A DNA stretch of 64,000 nt, from assembly GCA_963704725.1 (NCBI GenBank), contig OY969934.1, positions 2,880,001-2,944,000 on the forward strand, given 5' to 3'. The stretch is from an uncultured Actinomycetes bacterium. Its GTDB lineage: Bacteria > Actinomycetota > UBA4738 > HRBIN12. The notes below the pieces were generated by a model that saw only the letters and a program-made list of their open reading frames with translations, was not told the DNA's origin and made no database searches. Shown here piece by piece: positions 19,674-29,580 of the stretch. Position numbers and translations under genes: made by a program. Within the stretch, counting starts at the first letter, position 1, and the number at the start of each line of letters is the position of its first letter.

Positions 19674-19725
19674 CATCGACGTTCGTCGATGCAGAGTCTG
19701 ACGGATACATCGACAACTGTCAATG
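19674..19725. promoter_or_regulatory. Two 7-4-7 palindromes, probable ArsR operators
   Basis: CATCGAC-gttc-GTCGATG (19674-19691) and CATCGAC-aact-GTCAATG (19708-19725) upstream of the ars genes. Confidence 0.7.
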
Positions 19726-19771
19726 CCTTCAGCGTCGCGGCTCCGGGCGGCCGGAGTGGGAGGATGAGACC

Positions 19772-20002
19772 GTGAACGACGACCTGGTGCGCGTGCTCAC
19801 CACGTCCTCCGTCCCGGAGGGAGAGATCGCCAAGGGCCTGCTCGAGGAGGAGGGGATCCCCGTCCTCATGCAGGGCGGAGGCGAGGGCCCCTACCGGCTG
19901 GGCCCGATCCACCTCCTCGTGCCGGCCGGTCTCGAGGTGCAGGCGCGGCTGTTGCTGGCGTCCGCGGCGGAACCCGTCTCGGACGCCGAGGACGACGCCT
20001 GA
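19772..20002 (+). CDS. Small DUF2007-like putative signal-transducing protein
   Basis: GTG start; LVRVLTTSSVPEGEIAKGLLEEEGIPV...IHLLVP...ARLLL pattern. Confidence 0.7.
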   Translation: MNDDLVRVLTTSSVPEGEIAKGLLEEEGIPVLMQGGGEGPYRLGPIHLLVPAGLEVQARLLLASAAEPVSDAEDDA

Positions 20003-20072
20003 GCGGACGACCTCCGCGGCGGACGGCTGAGCGCTCGACGGCCGGCGACGCGAACGGTGTTCGCGCCCGACG

Positions 20073-20462
20073 TCAGCGCTTGGAGTACTGAGGCGCCTTG
20101 CGGGCCTTCTTCAGCCCGTACTTGCGACGCTCCTTCTCGCGGGGATCACGCGAGAGATAGCCCTCCTTCTTGAGGGCGGGTCGGAGCTCGGGATCCATCT
20201 CGATGAGGGCCCGGGCGATGCCGAGCCGGAGGGCGCCCGCCTGCCCGGAGACCCCGCCGCCCTCGATCCGGGCGACGACGTCGAGCTCCTTGTCGCGTCC
20301 GGCCAGCCGCAGCGGCGCCGCGACGACCATGCGGTGGGCGCGCGTCGTGAAGTACTCGTCGAGTGAGCGCCCGTTCAGCCGGAACTCGCCGGTCCCGGGG
20401 ACCAGGCGGACCCGGACCACGGCTTCCTTCCTTCGGCCGGTCGCGATCTGCGCCACGCTCAC
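20073..20462 (-). CDS. rpsI: 30S ribosomal protein S9
   Basis: [30 protein letters not shown]. Confidence 0.98.
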   Translation of the reverse strand: MSVAQIATGRRKEAVVRVRLVPGTGEFRLNGRSLDEYFTTRAHRMVVAAPLRLAGRDKELDVVARIEGGGVSGQAGALRLGIARALIEMDPELRPALKKEGYLSRDPREKERRKYGLKKARKAPQYSKR

Positions 20463-21169
20463 TCCTCCTTCTTGGTCCGCCGGACCGCGACGCGCTTGCG
20501 GGCCGGGGACTTCGCGGCGGTCGACTTCGCCGTCGCACGCTTGGCGGTGCTCTTCTTGGCGGTGCTCTTCTTGGCGGCGGGTTTCTCGGCGGCCGGCTCG
20601 GCCGTGGGGGCCTTCGCCGCCGGCTTCGCGGCGGCGCGCTTGGCGGTGCTCCGCTTGGGAGCGGCCTCAGCGGCCTCGTGCGGGACGGGCTTGGCCGGGC
20701 GGTCCTGCGGCTTGGGAAGACCCTCCCACTTCGGGATCTGTCCGAGCACCAGCGGCTCCGGCTTCTGGGCCCGGTGGGGGTGATCGGGGCCCGGATACAC
20801 CTGGAGCTTCTTGAACATCGCGCGGCCGAGACGGTTCTTGGGGAGCATCCCCCGGATCGCCTTCTCGACGGCGAACGCGGGCTTCTCCGCGAGGAGCTTG
20901 CCGTACTTGGTCGCCGTGAGGCCACCCGGATAGCCCGAGTGGCGGTAGGCGACCTTGGTCTCCTCCTTGCCGCCGGTGAGCCGGACGCCCTTGGCGTTCA
21001 CGACGATCACGTGATCGCCGGTGTCCATGTGGGGGGCGAAGATCGGCTTGTGCTTGCCGCGAAGGATCGCGGCGACCTCGCTCGACAGGCGTCCGAGAAC
21101 AGCCCCGCTGGCGTCGATCACGTACCAGCGGTGCTCGATGTCGCGCGGTCTCGGCGAGTAGGTCTTCAT
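20459..21169 (-). CDS. rplM: 50S ribosomal protein L13 with long Lys/Ala-rich C-terminal extension
   Basis: MKTYSP..WYVIDA..LGRL..LRGKHKP..GMLPKN; tail [18 protein letters not shown]. Confidence 0.97.
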   Translation of the reverse strand: MKTYSPRPRDIEHRWYVIDASGAVLGRLSSEVAAILRGKHKPIFAPHMDTGDHVIVVNAKGVRLTGGKEETKVAYRHSGYPGGLTATKYGKLLAEKPAFAVEKAIRGMLPKNRLGRAMFKKLQVYPGPDHPHRAQKPEPLVLGQIPKWEGLPKPQDRPAKPVPHEAAEAAPKRSTAKRAAAKPAAKAPTAEPAAEKPAAKKSTAKKSTAKRATAKSTAAKSPARKRVAVRRTKKEE

Positions 21170-21203
21170 ACAGGAAGATGCCGGCCGGGAAGGCCGACGC
21201 ACC

Positions 21204-21233
21204 ATGCTACCTGCGGTTTCTCGCAAGCGTCAA
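21204..21233 (-). promoter_or_regulatory. Housekeeping promoter for rplM-rpsI
   Basis: TTGACG-18 nt-TAGCAT on the minus strand. Confidence 0.7.
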
Positions 21234-21319
21234 AGGTGCGGAGGGACGGCCCGGCCCATGCCGGAGCGTGACCGATCCACCCGCAGGCGGACCCGCCGCC
21301 CCAGGGCGGGCGGCCCGAC

Positions 21320-21988
21320 CTACCAGACGCGCTCCTTGGCACCCGCGTGCTCGGGCTTCAGCTCCGGGCCGATCGTCGTCTCGACCGGCACCGGCGGCTC
21401 CTTCCACAGGGGCGCTCCGACCGGCGCGAGCTTGCGGCCCGCCATCCCGTTCAGGACGCCGGCCGCCGAGGTGTACCAGGCGACCGCGGCCGTGATGATC
21501 CCGATCACGCCGCCGGCCTTGATGATGCCGTCGGCCTCGCGGAAGAACCCGATCGACAGGACGATCTCGGTCACCTCGAGCGTGAAGAAGACCAGGAACA
21601 CCGCGACCGAGACCCGCGAGCTCCACAGGAGCATGTAGGTGTTGAAGATGGCGAAGGCGAGCAGGATGAACCCGAGGTCGTTGAGCGGGTTCGCGCTGCC
21701 GCCCTCGGCGAGCAGGACGTACAGGCCGAGGCCGATCCAGAACGCCCCGTAGGTCGAGAACGCGGTCGCCCCGAACACGTTGCGGTTCCGGAACTCCCAC
21801 ATCCCGGCCAGGAGCTGCGCGAGACCGCCGTAGGCGAACGCGAAGCCCAGCCACGCGTTGCCGCCGTCGGTCCAGCCGGCGTTCTTCGCTGAGAGCAGGA
21901 ACGTGGTGAGCGCGAAGGCGGCCAGCCCGAGCGGTGCGGGGTCGGCGACCGCCGCGAGCTCGACGCGGCGCTGCGGGGTCTGGTCCAC
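21320..21988 (-). CDS. SatP/YaaH (GPR1/FUN34) acetate/succinate transporter family
   Basis: ADPAPLGLAAFALTT, YGGLAQLLAGMWE, NVFGATAFSTYGAFW. Confidence 0.9.
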   Translation of the reverse strand: MDQTPQRRVELAAVADPAPLGLAAFALTTFLLSAKNAGWTDGGNAWLGFAFAYGGLAQLLAGMWEFRNRNVFGATAFSTYGAFWIGLGLYVLLAEGGSANPLNDLGFILLAFAIFNTYMLLWSSRVSVAVFLVFFTLEVTEIVLSIGFFREADGIIKAGGVIGIITAAVAWYTSAAGVLNGMAGRKLAPVGAPLWKEPPVPVETTIGPELKPEHAGAKERVW

Positions 21989-22091
21989 GGGGTTCCTCCC
22001 ATTGTGAGACGGCTCGACGGTCCGATGTTCCCGTCGCCGGCGCGACCCGAGCACCGCCGAAGGTCCCCTCCCCCGGGGGCGGAGTGGGCCC

Positions 22092-22832
22092 CTACCGGCG
22101 CCCGTAGCCGACGCGCTCGAGCGTCAGGCCGTGCGGGGGCGCGAGCTCCCCGGCCCGGCTCCGGTCCCGCGAGGCCAGGATCGCGCCGATGGCGTCCGGG
22201 TTCCGGCGGCCCTCCCCGACCGCGACCAGGGTCCCGACGAGGCTCCGCACCATCTGATGGACGAACGCGTTCGCCCGGGCCGAGATCTCCACCCGGTCGC
22301 CCGCTCGGGAGACCGAGAGCCGGTCGAGCCGCCGCACGGTCGGCGATCCGTCCCGAGGGGCGCGGCCGAAGGCCGCGAAGTCGTGCTCGCCGAGGAGGGC
22401 CCGGGCGGCGGCTCGCATCTGGCGAAGGGAGGGCGCGCCCGGGTGATGCCAGACGTACCGAGCCTCGAACGGATCCGGCCACGGACCGAGGTCGATCCGG
22501 TATCGGTACTCGCGGAACGTCGCCGAGAACCGGGCGTCGAACCCGTCCGGGGCGAGCCCAGCCTCGAGCACGACGACCTCGGGGGCGAGCATGGCGTTCA
22601 CCGCCCGCTGCAGCTTGGACGGATCCGGCCGATCCGCGCGGAACGACGCCACTTGGCCCCGTGCATGCACGCCGGCGTCCGTCCTGCCCGCCACCGAGAG
22701 CTTCGGCGGCGACCCCAGGACGCGAGAGAGGGCGCCCTCGAGGGCGCCCTCCACGGTGCGAAGGCCCCGCTGCCTGGCCCAGCCGCGGAACCCCGTCCCG
22801 TCGTACGCGAGCCGCATCCGCACGACCGTCAC
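22092..22832 (-). CDS. truA: tRNA pseudouridine(38-40) synthase
   Basis: YDGTGFRGW, AGRTDAGVHARGQ, HDFAAF, MVRSLVG. Confidence 0.96.
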   Translation of the reverse strand: MTVVRMRLAYDGTGFRGWARQRGLRTVEGALEGALSRVLGSPPKLSVAGRTDAGVHARGQVASFRADRPDPSKLQRAVNAMLAPEVVVLEAGLAPDGFDARFSATFREYRYRIDLGPWPDPFEARYVWHHPGAPSLRQMRAAARALLGEHDFAAFGRAPRDGSPTVRRLDRLSVSRAGDRVEISARANAFVHQMVRSLVGTLVAVGEGRRNPDAIGAILASRDRSRAGELAPPHGLTLERVGYGRR

Positions 22833-22846
22833 GGCGGCCGGCGGAG

Positions 22847-23206
22847 CTACTCGTTCCCGACGAGCTCGATCCTCGCCATGGGCGCGGCGTCGCCCAGCCG
22901 CTGGCCGAGCTTGAGGATCCGCGTGTACCCCCCGTTGCGCTCGGCGTAGCGGGGACCGATCTCGCTGAACAGCTTGTGCACGATGTCGCGGTCGGGGATC
23001 TGCTTCAGCACCTCGCGCCGCGCCGCCACGTCGCCCTTCTTGGCAAACGTGATCAGCTTCTCGGCGACGGGGCGCACGGCCTTGGCCTTCGCCTCGGTCG
23101 TGTTGATCCCCTCGTGCGTGAACAGCTGCGCGGCGAGCCCGTTCAGCAGGAGCCGCTGGTGCGCCGGACCCGAGCCGAGGCGCGGGCCCTTCTTCGGCCT
23201 GGGCAT
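22847..23206 (-). CDS. rplQ: 50S ribosomal protein L17
   Basis: [17 protein letters not shown]. Confidence 0.98.
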   Translation of the reverse strand: MPRPKKGPRLGSGPAHQRLLLNGLAAQLFTHEGINTTEAKAKAVRPVAEKLITFAKKGDVAARREVLKQIPDRDIVHKLFSEIGPRYAERNGGYTRILKLGQRLGDAAPMARIELVGNE

Positions 23207-23208
23207 CC

Positions 23209-24138
23209 CTACTCCTCCCGCAGCCCGAGGCCGAGCTCCTCGAGCTTGGCCTTGACCTCGTCGATCGACTTCTGGCCGAAGTTGCGGATGTCCATGAGCT
23301 CCGCCTCGGACTTCTGGACCAGGTCGCCGACCGAGTTGATGCCCTCGCGCTTCAGGCAGTTGTACGAGCGGACCGACAGGTTGAGCTCCTCGACCGTGAT
23401 CGCGTAGTCCGAGGGGACGGACTCGTCCTCGGCCGGTCCCACCTGCATCGACGGAGCCTCGGCCAGGTCGCTCACGAGCTGCACGAGCTCGAGGAGCGTC
23501 CCGCCGGCGCTCGCCAGCGCCTCGCGCGGGCTGATCGAGCCGTCGGTCTCGACGTCCAGGATCAGCCGGTCGCGGTCGGTCATCTGCTCGACGCGCGTGT
23601 TCTCGACCGCGTAGGAGACGCGGCGCACCGGCGAGAAGATCGAGTCCACCGGGATCACGCCGATCGGGTCGCGGGGCTTCTTGTTCTTGTCGGCCATGCG
23701 GTATCCGACGCCACGCTCGACCGTCATCTCCATCTCCAGCGACCCACCCTTGCCGATCGTGGCGATGTGGAGGTCGGGGTTAAGGATCTCGACGCCCGCC
23801 GGGGGCGCGATGTCGCCGGCCGTGACCTCGCCGGGCCCCTTGGCCTTGAGGTACACCGTGACCGGCTCGTCCGCCTCGCTGCGGATCACGAGCTCCTTGA
23901 TGTTGAGGATCACGTCGGTGACGTCCTCGGTGACCTTGGGGATCGTCGAGAACTCGTGCAGCACGGTCTCGATCCGGATCGAGCTGATCGCGGCGCCGGG
24001 GATCGACGACAGCAGCGTGCGCCGCAGTGAGTTCCCGACGGTGTACCCGAACCCCGGCTCGAGGGGCTCGATGACGAACTTGGACCGCGTCGTGGAGACG
24101 GACTCCTCCTGGATCTGCGGTCTCGCGACGATGAACAC
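23209..24138 (-). CDS. rpoA: RNA polymerase alpha subunit
   Basis: [35 protein letters not shown]. Confidence 0.98.
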   Translation of the reverse strand: MFIVARPQIQEESVSTTRSKFVIEPLEPGFGYTVGNSLRRTLLSSIPGAAISSIRIETVLHEFSTIPKVTEDVTDVILNIKELVIRSEADEPVTVYLKAKGPGEVTAGDIAPPAGVEILNPDLHIATIGKGGSLEMEMTVERGVGYRMADKNKKPRDPIGVIPVDSIFSPVRRVSYAVENTRVEQMTDRDRLILDVETDGSISPREALASAGGTLLELVQLVSDLAEAPSMQVGPAEDESVPSDYAITVEELNLSVRSYNCLKREGINSVGDLVQKSEAELMDIRNFGQKSIDEVKAKLEELGLGLREE

Positions 24139-24257
24139 CTGGCTACCTCCTCCGGCGGGGGATCATCCACTCCTACCCCACCTCTGCGTTGCGGGGCTAC
24201 CGCTTCGCTGCTCGAGCCCCGTGACGCCCGCGTCGACCTGGCGCGGACGGGCCGGCA

Positions 24258-24650
24258 CTAGACGCGCCGGCGCTTCTTGGGCCGGACGCCGTTGTGCGGC
24301 ACCGGCGTGACGTCCTGGATGCCCGCGACCTCGAGGCCGGTCGCCGCGAGCGAGCGGATCGCGGTCTCGCGACCCGACCCAGGGCCCTTCACGAACACGT
24401 CGACCTTCTGCAGGCCGTGCTCCTGCGCCTTGCGTGCGGCGGACTCCGCCGCCAGCTGGGCCGCGAAGGGCGTGGACTTCCGGGAGCCCTTGAACCCGAC
24501 GTTCCCGGCGCTCGCCCAGGAGATCGTGTTGCCCTGCAGGTCCGTGATCGTGACGATCGTGTTGTTGAACGTGGACTTGATGTGGGCCTGGCCGTGGACG
24601 ACGTTCTTCTTCTCGCGACGCTTGGTCTTCTTGGCCTTCGGCTTCGCCAC
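24258..24650 (-). CDS. rpsK: 30S ribosomal protein S11
   Basis: [27 protein letters not shown]. Confidence 0.98.
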   Translation of the reverse strand: MAKPKAKKTKRREKKNVVHGQAHIKSTFNNTIVTITDLQGNTISWASAGNVGFKGSRKSTPFAAQLAAESAARKAQEHGLQKVDVFVKGPGSGRETAIRSLAATGLEVAGIQDVTPVPHNGVRPKKRRRV

Positions 24651-24662
24651 GGATACGCCCCT

Positions 24663-25043
24663 TTACTTCTTCCCGGCCTTCTTCTTGCCGGCGACCGTCT
24701 TGCGCGGTCCCTTGCGGGTCCGCGCGTTCGTGTGCGTCCGCTGCCCGCGGACCGGGAGGCTCCGGCGGTGCCGGATCCCCTGGTAGCTCCCGATCTCGAT
24801 CTTCCGCTTGATGTCCTGCGCGACCTCCCGGCGGAGGTCACCTTCGACCTTGTACGTGCGGTCGATGAACTCGCGGATCCGGCTGACCTCGTCCTCGGAG
24901 AGGTCGCGCACCTTGGTGCCGCCCTCGACGCCCGACCCCTGGACGATCTGGAACGCCCGGGTGGGGCCGATCCCGTAGATGTAGCGGAGCGCGACATCGA
25001 CCCGCTTGTCGCGGGGGAGGTCGACGCCTGCGATTCGGGCCAC
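24663..25043 (-). CDS. rpsM: 30S ribosomal protein S13
   Basis: [26 protein letters not shown]. Confidence 0.98.
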   Translation of the reverse strand: MARIAGVDLPRDKRVDVALRYIYGIGPTRAFQIVQGSGVEGGTKVRDLSEDEVSRIREFIDRTYKVEGDLRREVAQDIKRKIEIGSYQGIRHRRSLPVRGQRTHTNARTRKGPRKTVAGKKKAGKK

Positions 25044-25064
25044 GCTGGTCTCCCCTCTCTCCGA

Positions 25065-25178
25065 CTACCCTTGCCGCTGCTTGTGCCGGGGGTTCGAGCA
25101 GATCACCCGGATCTGGCCGCGCCGGCGGATGATCTTGCACTTGTCGCAGATCTTCTTGACCGACGGGCGGACCTTCAT
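25065..25178 (-). CDS. rpmJ: 50S ribosomal protein L36 (Zn-ribbon form; absent from the ORF track)
   Basis: Manual translation [37 protein letters not shown]. Confidence 0.97.
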   Translation of the reverse strand: MKVRPSVKKICDKCKIIRRRGQIRVICSNPRHKQRQG

Positions 25179-25209
25179 GGCGCCGAACCCTTCCCTTGCC
25201 CCGAGACAC

Positions 25210-25428
25210 TCACTTGTAGCGGTACACGATCCTGCCGCGCGAGAGATCGTACGGCGACAGCTCCACCAGCACCCGGTCCCCGGGCAGGATCCGGATGTAG
25301 TGCATCCGCATCTTGCCGGAGATGTGCGCCAGCACGTTGTGCCCGTTCTCGAGCTGCACCCGGAACATCGCGTTGGGGAGCGGCTCGGTCACCGTTCCCT
25401 CGACCTCGATCGCGTCCTTCTTCGGCAA
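25210..25428 (-). CDS. infA: Translation initiation factor IF-1 (TTG start)
   Basis: [29 protein letters not shown]. Confidence 0.98.
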   Translation of the reverse strand: MPKKDAIEVEGTVTEPLPNAMFRVQLENGHNVLAHISGKMRMHYIRILPGDRVLVELSPYDLSRGRIVYRYK

Positions 25429-25510
25429 GCTCCGGCTGTTTCCTCGTCATGGGCACGCCCGACCCACCCGCGGGCGAGCCGGAACCGCCACCGGACGATG
25501 GCGGACCTGC

Positions 25511-25539
25511 AGTATAGGGCGGAAGGACCAAACCGTCCA
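25511..25539 (-). promoter_or_regulatory. Internal promoter upstream of infA
   Basis: TGGACG-17 nt-TATACT on the minus strand. Confidence 0.6.
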
Positions 25540-25581
25540 TGAGCAGGGCGAACGGGCTCTGAGCTGGGTGTTCGACCTCGC

Positions 25582-26259
25582 CTAGGAGGGATCGCCCGAG
25601 GCGCCCGGTGAGGGATCGCTCGACGGGGGCGCGCTCGGCTGCGGGGCGGGGGGAACCTTCCCCACCGGCTCCTCCAGGACGATCACCCTGGGCTGACCCG
25701 GCTCGTCGGGCACCGCCGCATCGAGCTCCCGGAGCGAGGCCCGCATGCGGTCGCGCAGCTCGCGAACGTCACTCATCGTGGACGCGCGCAGGGTCTCGAC
25801 CTGCTCGCGGATGCGAGCCGCCTCCTCCCGCGCCTCGGCGAGCATCCGCTCGGCCTGGCCCCGGGACTGGTCCGCGACCGACTGCGCGTCCATCCGCATC
25901 CGGGCGGCCTCGGTCCTGGCCTCTGCGAGCAGGCCGGTCGCCTCCAGGTCGGCCATGCGCCGCTGCCGCTCGATCTCCTCGTCGAACCCCCGGACGAGGT
26001 CCACCACGTGCTGCGAGACGCCCTCGAGCGGATCCCGGCGGGCGGTGGCGGCCGACTCCACGCTCTGCCGGGCGTCGGCGAGCTCACCCACGGCGCGGGC
26101 CAGGCGCGCCTCCAGCTCCCGCATGCGCTCCTCCCCGCGCTTCAGATGCTCCCGGACCTGGTCGGGGCTGTACCCCCGACGCACGAGATCGAAGGAAGGC
26201 TCGGCCTGAGCGGGCGGCGGTCCCGCCGCCCCGGCGAGCTCGGGCTGCTCAACGGCCAT
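25582..26259 (-). CDS. DivIVA-domain coiled-coil protein
   Basis: PSFDLVRRGYSPDQVREHL resembles the DivIVA F...RGY...V motif; followed by Ala/Glu/Arg heptads and a Pro-rich tail. Confidence 0.72.
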   Translation of the reverse strand: MAVEQPELAGAAGPPPAQAEPSFDLVRRGYSPDQVREHLKRGEERMRELEARLARAVGELADARQSVESAATARRDPLEGVSQHVVDLVRGFDEEIERQRRMADLEATGLLAEARTEAARMRMDAQSVADQSRGQAERMLAEAREEAARIREQVETLRASTMSDVRELRDRMRASLRELDAAVPDEPGQPRVIVLEEPVGKVPPAPQPSAPPSSDPSPGASGDPS

Positions 26260-26383
26260 GGTTCCCCTGTCCGGACGGGCGGTCGGAGTCGCCCTCCCGG
26301 CAGGCAACGTACCCCCTTCGGGCGACCCCCGGCACGTGCCGAAAGGCGGTTTTCTGTGCGTACGGGCCGGCGAAGGTCGGTGC

Positions 26384-27157
26384 CTAGCCTCGCGCGGTCA
26401 AGATCTCGTGCCCGTCCTCGGTCACCGCGATCGTGTGCTCGAAGTGGGCGGAGAGCGACCCGTCCTCGGTGACGACCGTCCAGTCGTCGGCGAGCACCCG
26501 GGTGGACCAGTCGCCGACGTTGACCATGGGCTCGACGGCCACGACCAGGCCGGGCTTGAGTGGAACGCCGCGGCCCGGCTTTCCGTAGTTGGGGATCTGG
26601 GGGTCCTCGTGCATGGCCCGGCCGATCCCGTGGCCGACGTACTCGCGCACGACCGAGAAGCCGGCTCCCTCGGCGACCTGCTGGACGGCCGCCCCGATGT
26701 CCGACAGGCGGGCGCCGGGCCGGATCTGCGAGATCCCCGCCTCGAGCGCGTCCTCGGTCACGCGCACGAGCTTCTCCGCCTCGGCCGACGGGGGGTCGCC
26801 GACGATCACCGTGACCGCCGAGTCGGCGTGGAACCCCTCCCAGATCGCCCCGAAGTCGAGCGACAGGATGTCGCCCTCGGCCACCACGCGCTTGGGCGAG
26901 GGGATCCCGTGGACGATCTCCTCGTTCAGCGAGGTGCAGATCACCGCGGGGAACGCCTTGCGCGTCGACGAGCCGCCATAGCCCAGGAACGAGGGCTTGG
27001 CGCCCTGCTCGCGGATGTACGCGTCGGCGACCGCGTCGAGCTCGGCGGTCGTCACGCCCGGCTTCACGGCGCCGACGACGCGGTCGATCGTCCCGCCGAC
27101 GATGCGCCCCGCTCGGCGCATCTTGTCGATCTCGTCGCGCGACTTGTAGATGATCAT
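26384..27157 (-). CDS. map: Methionine aminopeptidase type I
   Basis: MIIYKS, HGIP, GHGIG..MHEDP, EPM, SAHFEHT. Confidence 0.96.
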   Translation of the reverse strand: MIIYKSRDEIDKMRRAGRIVGGTIDRVVGAVKPGVTTAELDAVADAYIREQGAKPSFLGYGGSSTRKAFPAVICTSLNEEIVHGIPSPKRVVAEGDILSLDFGAIWEGFHADSAVTVIVGDPPSAEAEKLVRVTEDALEAGISQIRPGARLSDIGAAVQQVAEGAGFSVVREYVGHGIGRAMHEDPQIPNYGKPGRGVPLKPGLVVAVEPMVNVGDWSTRVLADDWTVVTEDGSLSAHFEHTIAVTEDGHEILTARG

Positions 27158-27816
27158 CCGTACTCCTCGGTGAGGTCCGCGATCGCCTCGACCGTTCGGT
27201 CGGCGACGACCTCCTCGGCGGCCTCGGAGTCGATGTCCCGCAGGAGCCCGCGCTCCCAGAAGTACAGGACGAGGGGCTTGGTCTCGTTGTGGTAGACCTC
27301 GAGGCGACGCTGGATCGTCGCCTCGTCGTCGTCGCTCCGGCTCTTCAACTCGTGCCCGCAGACGTCGCAGATCCCCTCGACGCGGGGAGGTTTGAATTCG
27401 AGGTTGTAGCTGCGCTTGCAGTTGGGGCACACCAGCCGGGCGGTGAGGCGCTTGAGCGCGACCGCGTCGGAGATCTTGAAGTTCAGCACGGCCTCCAGGG
27501 GCCGGCCGGCCGCCGCGAGCGCGAGCTCCAGCGACTGCGCCTGCGGGACCGTCCGCGGGTAGCCGTCGAGGATGAACCCCTCGTGCGCATCGGGCTGGCC
27601 GAGCCGGGCCAGGACCATCTTCGTCGTGATCTCGTCGGGGACGTACTCGCCGCGGTCCACGTACTCCTTGGCGCGCATGCCGAGCTCCGTCCCCCGGGAG
27701 ATCTGTTCGCGGAAGATGTCGCCCGTCGAGATCCAGGTGAGCCCGTACCGCTCGACCAACCGCTTGGCCTGCGTCCCCTTCCCCGCGCCCGGAGGGCCGA
27801 GCAGGATGATCCGCAC
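27154..27816 (-). CDS. adk: Adenylate kinase (Zn-lid type)
   Basis: GPPGAGKGTQ, LDGYPRT, CPNC...CDVC lid. Confidence 0.97.
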   Translation of the reverse strand: MRIILLGPPGAGKGTQAKRLVERYGLTWISTGDIFREQISRGTELGMRAKEYVDRGEYVPDEITTKMVLARLGQPDAHEGFILDGYPRTVPQAQSLELALAAAGRPLEAVLNFKISDAVALKRLTARLVCPNCKRSYNLEFKPPRVEGICDVCGHELKSRSDDDEATIQRRLEVYHNETKPLVLYFWERGLLRDIDSEAAEEVVADRTVEAIADLTEEYG

Positions 27817-27825
27817 GGGGCCCCC

Positions 27826-29121
27826 CTAGCTCAGGAATCCCTCGTAGTGCCGCATGAGCAGCTGGGACTCGAGCTGCTTCATGGTCTCGAGCGCGACGCC
27901 CACGGTGATGAGCAGCGACGTGCCTCCGAACGGGAACTGGCCCACCGGCAGGAAGTACGCGAAGAAGATCGCCGGCAGGAGCGCGATCGTCGCCAGGAAG
28001 ATCGAGCCCGGCAGCGTGATCCGGTTCAGGACGAAGCTCAGGTAGTCGGCCGTGGGTGGACCCGGCCGGATCCCGGGGACGAACCCGCCGTACTTGCGGA
28101 GGTTGTCCGCGGTATCGACCGGGTTGAACGCGATCGCCGTGTAGAAGTAGGCGAAGAAGACCACCAGCAGGCCGTAGAACGCCATGTACACGAGGCTTCG
28201 CGTGTTGACCACGTAGTTGTTGACGAAGTTCGTGAACCACGCCGCGTGGTAGACGCTGACGAGCAGCGTCGGGAAGTACAGCAGCGAGCTGGCGAAGATG
28301 ATGGGGATGACGCCGGCCTGGTTGACCTTGAGCGGGATGTACGTGCTGCCGCCGGTGGTCATCCTCCGGCCGACGACCCGTTTCGCGTACTGGACGGGGA
28401 TCCTCCGTTGTCCCTGCTCGACGAAGATGACCCCCACGATGATGGCCATCCCGATCACCAGGATCGTGACGAACTTGGGCCCGCCGCCGGACAGGAGGAT
28501 CGCGTGCCCCTCCTGCGGCAGCCGAGAGATCACGCTCGCGAAGATGAGGATCGACATGCCGTTGCCGATCCCGCGCTGCGTGATGAGCTCGCCCATCCAC
28601 ATGATCATCGCGGTGCCGGCCGTCATGACCAGCACGATGAGCGCGATGTTCGGCGCGGTGAACGCGCCCGCGGGGAAGATGTCGATCCGCAGGCCCTGCG
28701 AGCTGTTTGGGTTGTGGAACAGGAACACCAGACCGGTGGATTGCAGCAGCGCCAAGACCACCGTCACGTAGCGCGTCCACTGGTTGATCTTCTTGGTGCC
28801 CTGCTCCCCCTCCTTCTGCCACGCCTCGAGCTTGGGGATCACCACGGTCAGGAGCTGCATGATGATCGAGGACGTGATGTAGGGCATGATCCCCAGCCCG
28901 AACACCGCCATCCGGGTGAGCGCGCCCCCCGAGAACAGGTTGATGAAGTCGAGGAAGCCGCCCGCACCCTGGTTCTGCAGCGCGTTCTGCAGGATGTTGA
29001 TGTCCACCACGGGGACCGGCACGTGGGAGCCGAGCCGGTACATCGCGATGATGAACAGCGTGAAGAAGATCTTGTTCCGGAGGTCCGGGACCTTGAACGC
29101 GTTGACGAAGGCTCGGAGCAC
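27826..29121 (-). CDS. secY: Preprotein translocase SecY
   Basis: GIMPYITSSII, GIGNGMS, PGIRPG, GGTSLLI. Confidence 0.98.
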   Translation of the reverse strand: MLRAFVNAFKVPDLRNKIFFTLFIIAMYRLGSHVPVPVVDINILQNALQNQGAGGFLDFINLFSGGALTRMAVFGLGIMPYITSSIIMQLLTVVIPKLEAWQKEGEQGTKKINQWTRYVTVVLALLQSTGLVFLFHNPNSSQGLRIDIFPAGAFTAPNIALIVLVMTAGTAMIMWMGELITQRGIGNGMSILIFASVISRLPQEGHAILLSGGGPKFVTILVIGMAIIVGVIFVEQGQRRIPVQYAKRVVGRRMTTGGSTYIPLKVNQAGVIPIIFASSLLYFPTLLVSVYHAAWFTNFVNNYVVNTRSLVYMAFYGLLVVFFAYFYTAIAFNPVDTADNLRKYGGFVPGIRPGPPTADYLSFVLNRITLPGSIFLATIALLPAIFFAYFLPVGQFPFGGTSLLITVGVALETMKQLESQLLMRHYEGFLS

Positions 29122-29133
29122 GAGGTCCCTATC

Positions 29134-29580
29134 CTACGCCCGCTCGGCGATGACCTCGGCGGTGCCCCCGGCGGCCTCGATCTTCGCCCTGGCGGCCTCG
29201 GAGAAGGCGTGTGCGCGGACCGTGAGCGCGGCCTGCAGCTCGCCCCGGGCCAGGATCTTCACCGGCCGACCCTTCCGCACGAGCCCGCGCTCGTAGAGGG
29301 AGGCCGGATCGACCTCGCCGCGCTCGAACACCTTGCCGAGCGTCTCCACGTTCACGACCGCGTACTCGACGCGGTTGGGGTTGGTGAAGCCGTTCATCTT
29401 CGGCACGCGGCGCTGGAGCGGCATCTGGCCGCCCTCGAACCCGGGCTTGGGGTTGTGGCGGGCGCCCCAGCCCTTGGTGCCCCGGCCCGCGGTCTTGCCG
29501 CCGGCGCCGGCCCGGCCGCGCCCGACGCGCTTGCGGTCGCGCTTGGCCCCCTCGGCTGGCTTGAGATGATGGAGCTTCAC
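29134..29580 (-). CDS. rplO: 50S ribosomal protein L15
   Basis: [14 protein letters not shown]. Confidence 0.98.
   Translation of the reverse strand: MKLHHLKPAEGAKRDRKRVGRGRAGAGGKTAGRGTKGWGARHNPKPGFEGGQMPLQRRVPKMNGFTNPNRVEYAVVNVETLGKVFERGEVDPASLYERGLVRKGRPVKILARGELQAALTVRAHAFSEAARAKIEAAGGTAEVIAERA

Noticed and set aside
18366-19676. 436-aa ORF as a long ArsM fusion
   Set aside because: The region resolves into three coupled genes in different frames: small ORF, arsR and arsM.
26384-28822. 812-aa ORF ending in Map
   Set aside because: Off-frame read-through over secY and adk in GC-rich DNA; map starts at 27157.
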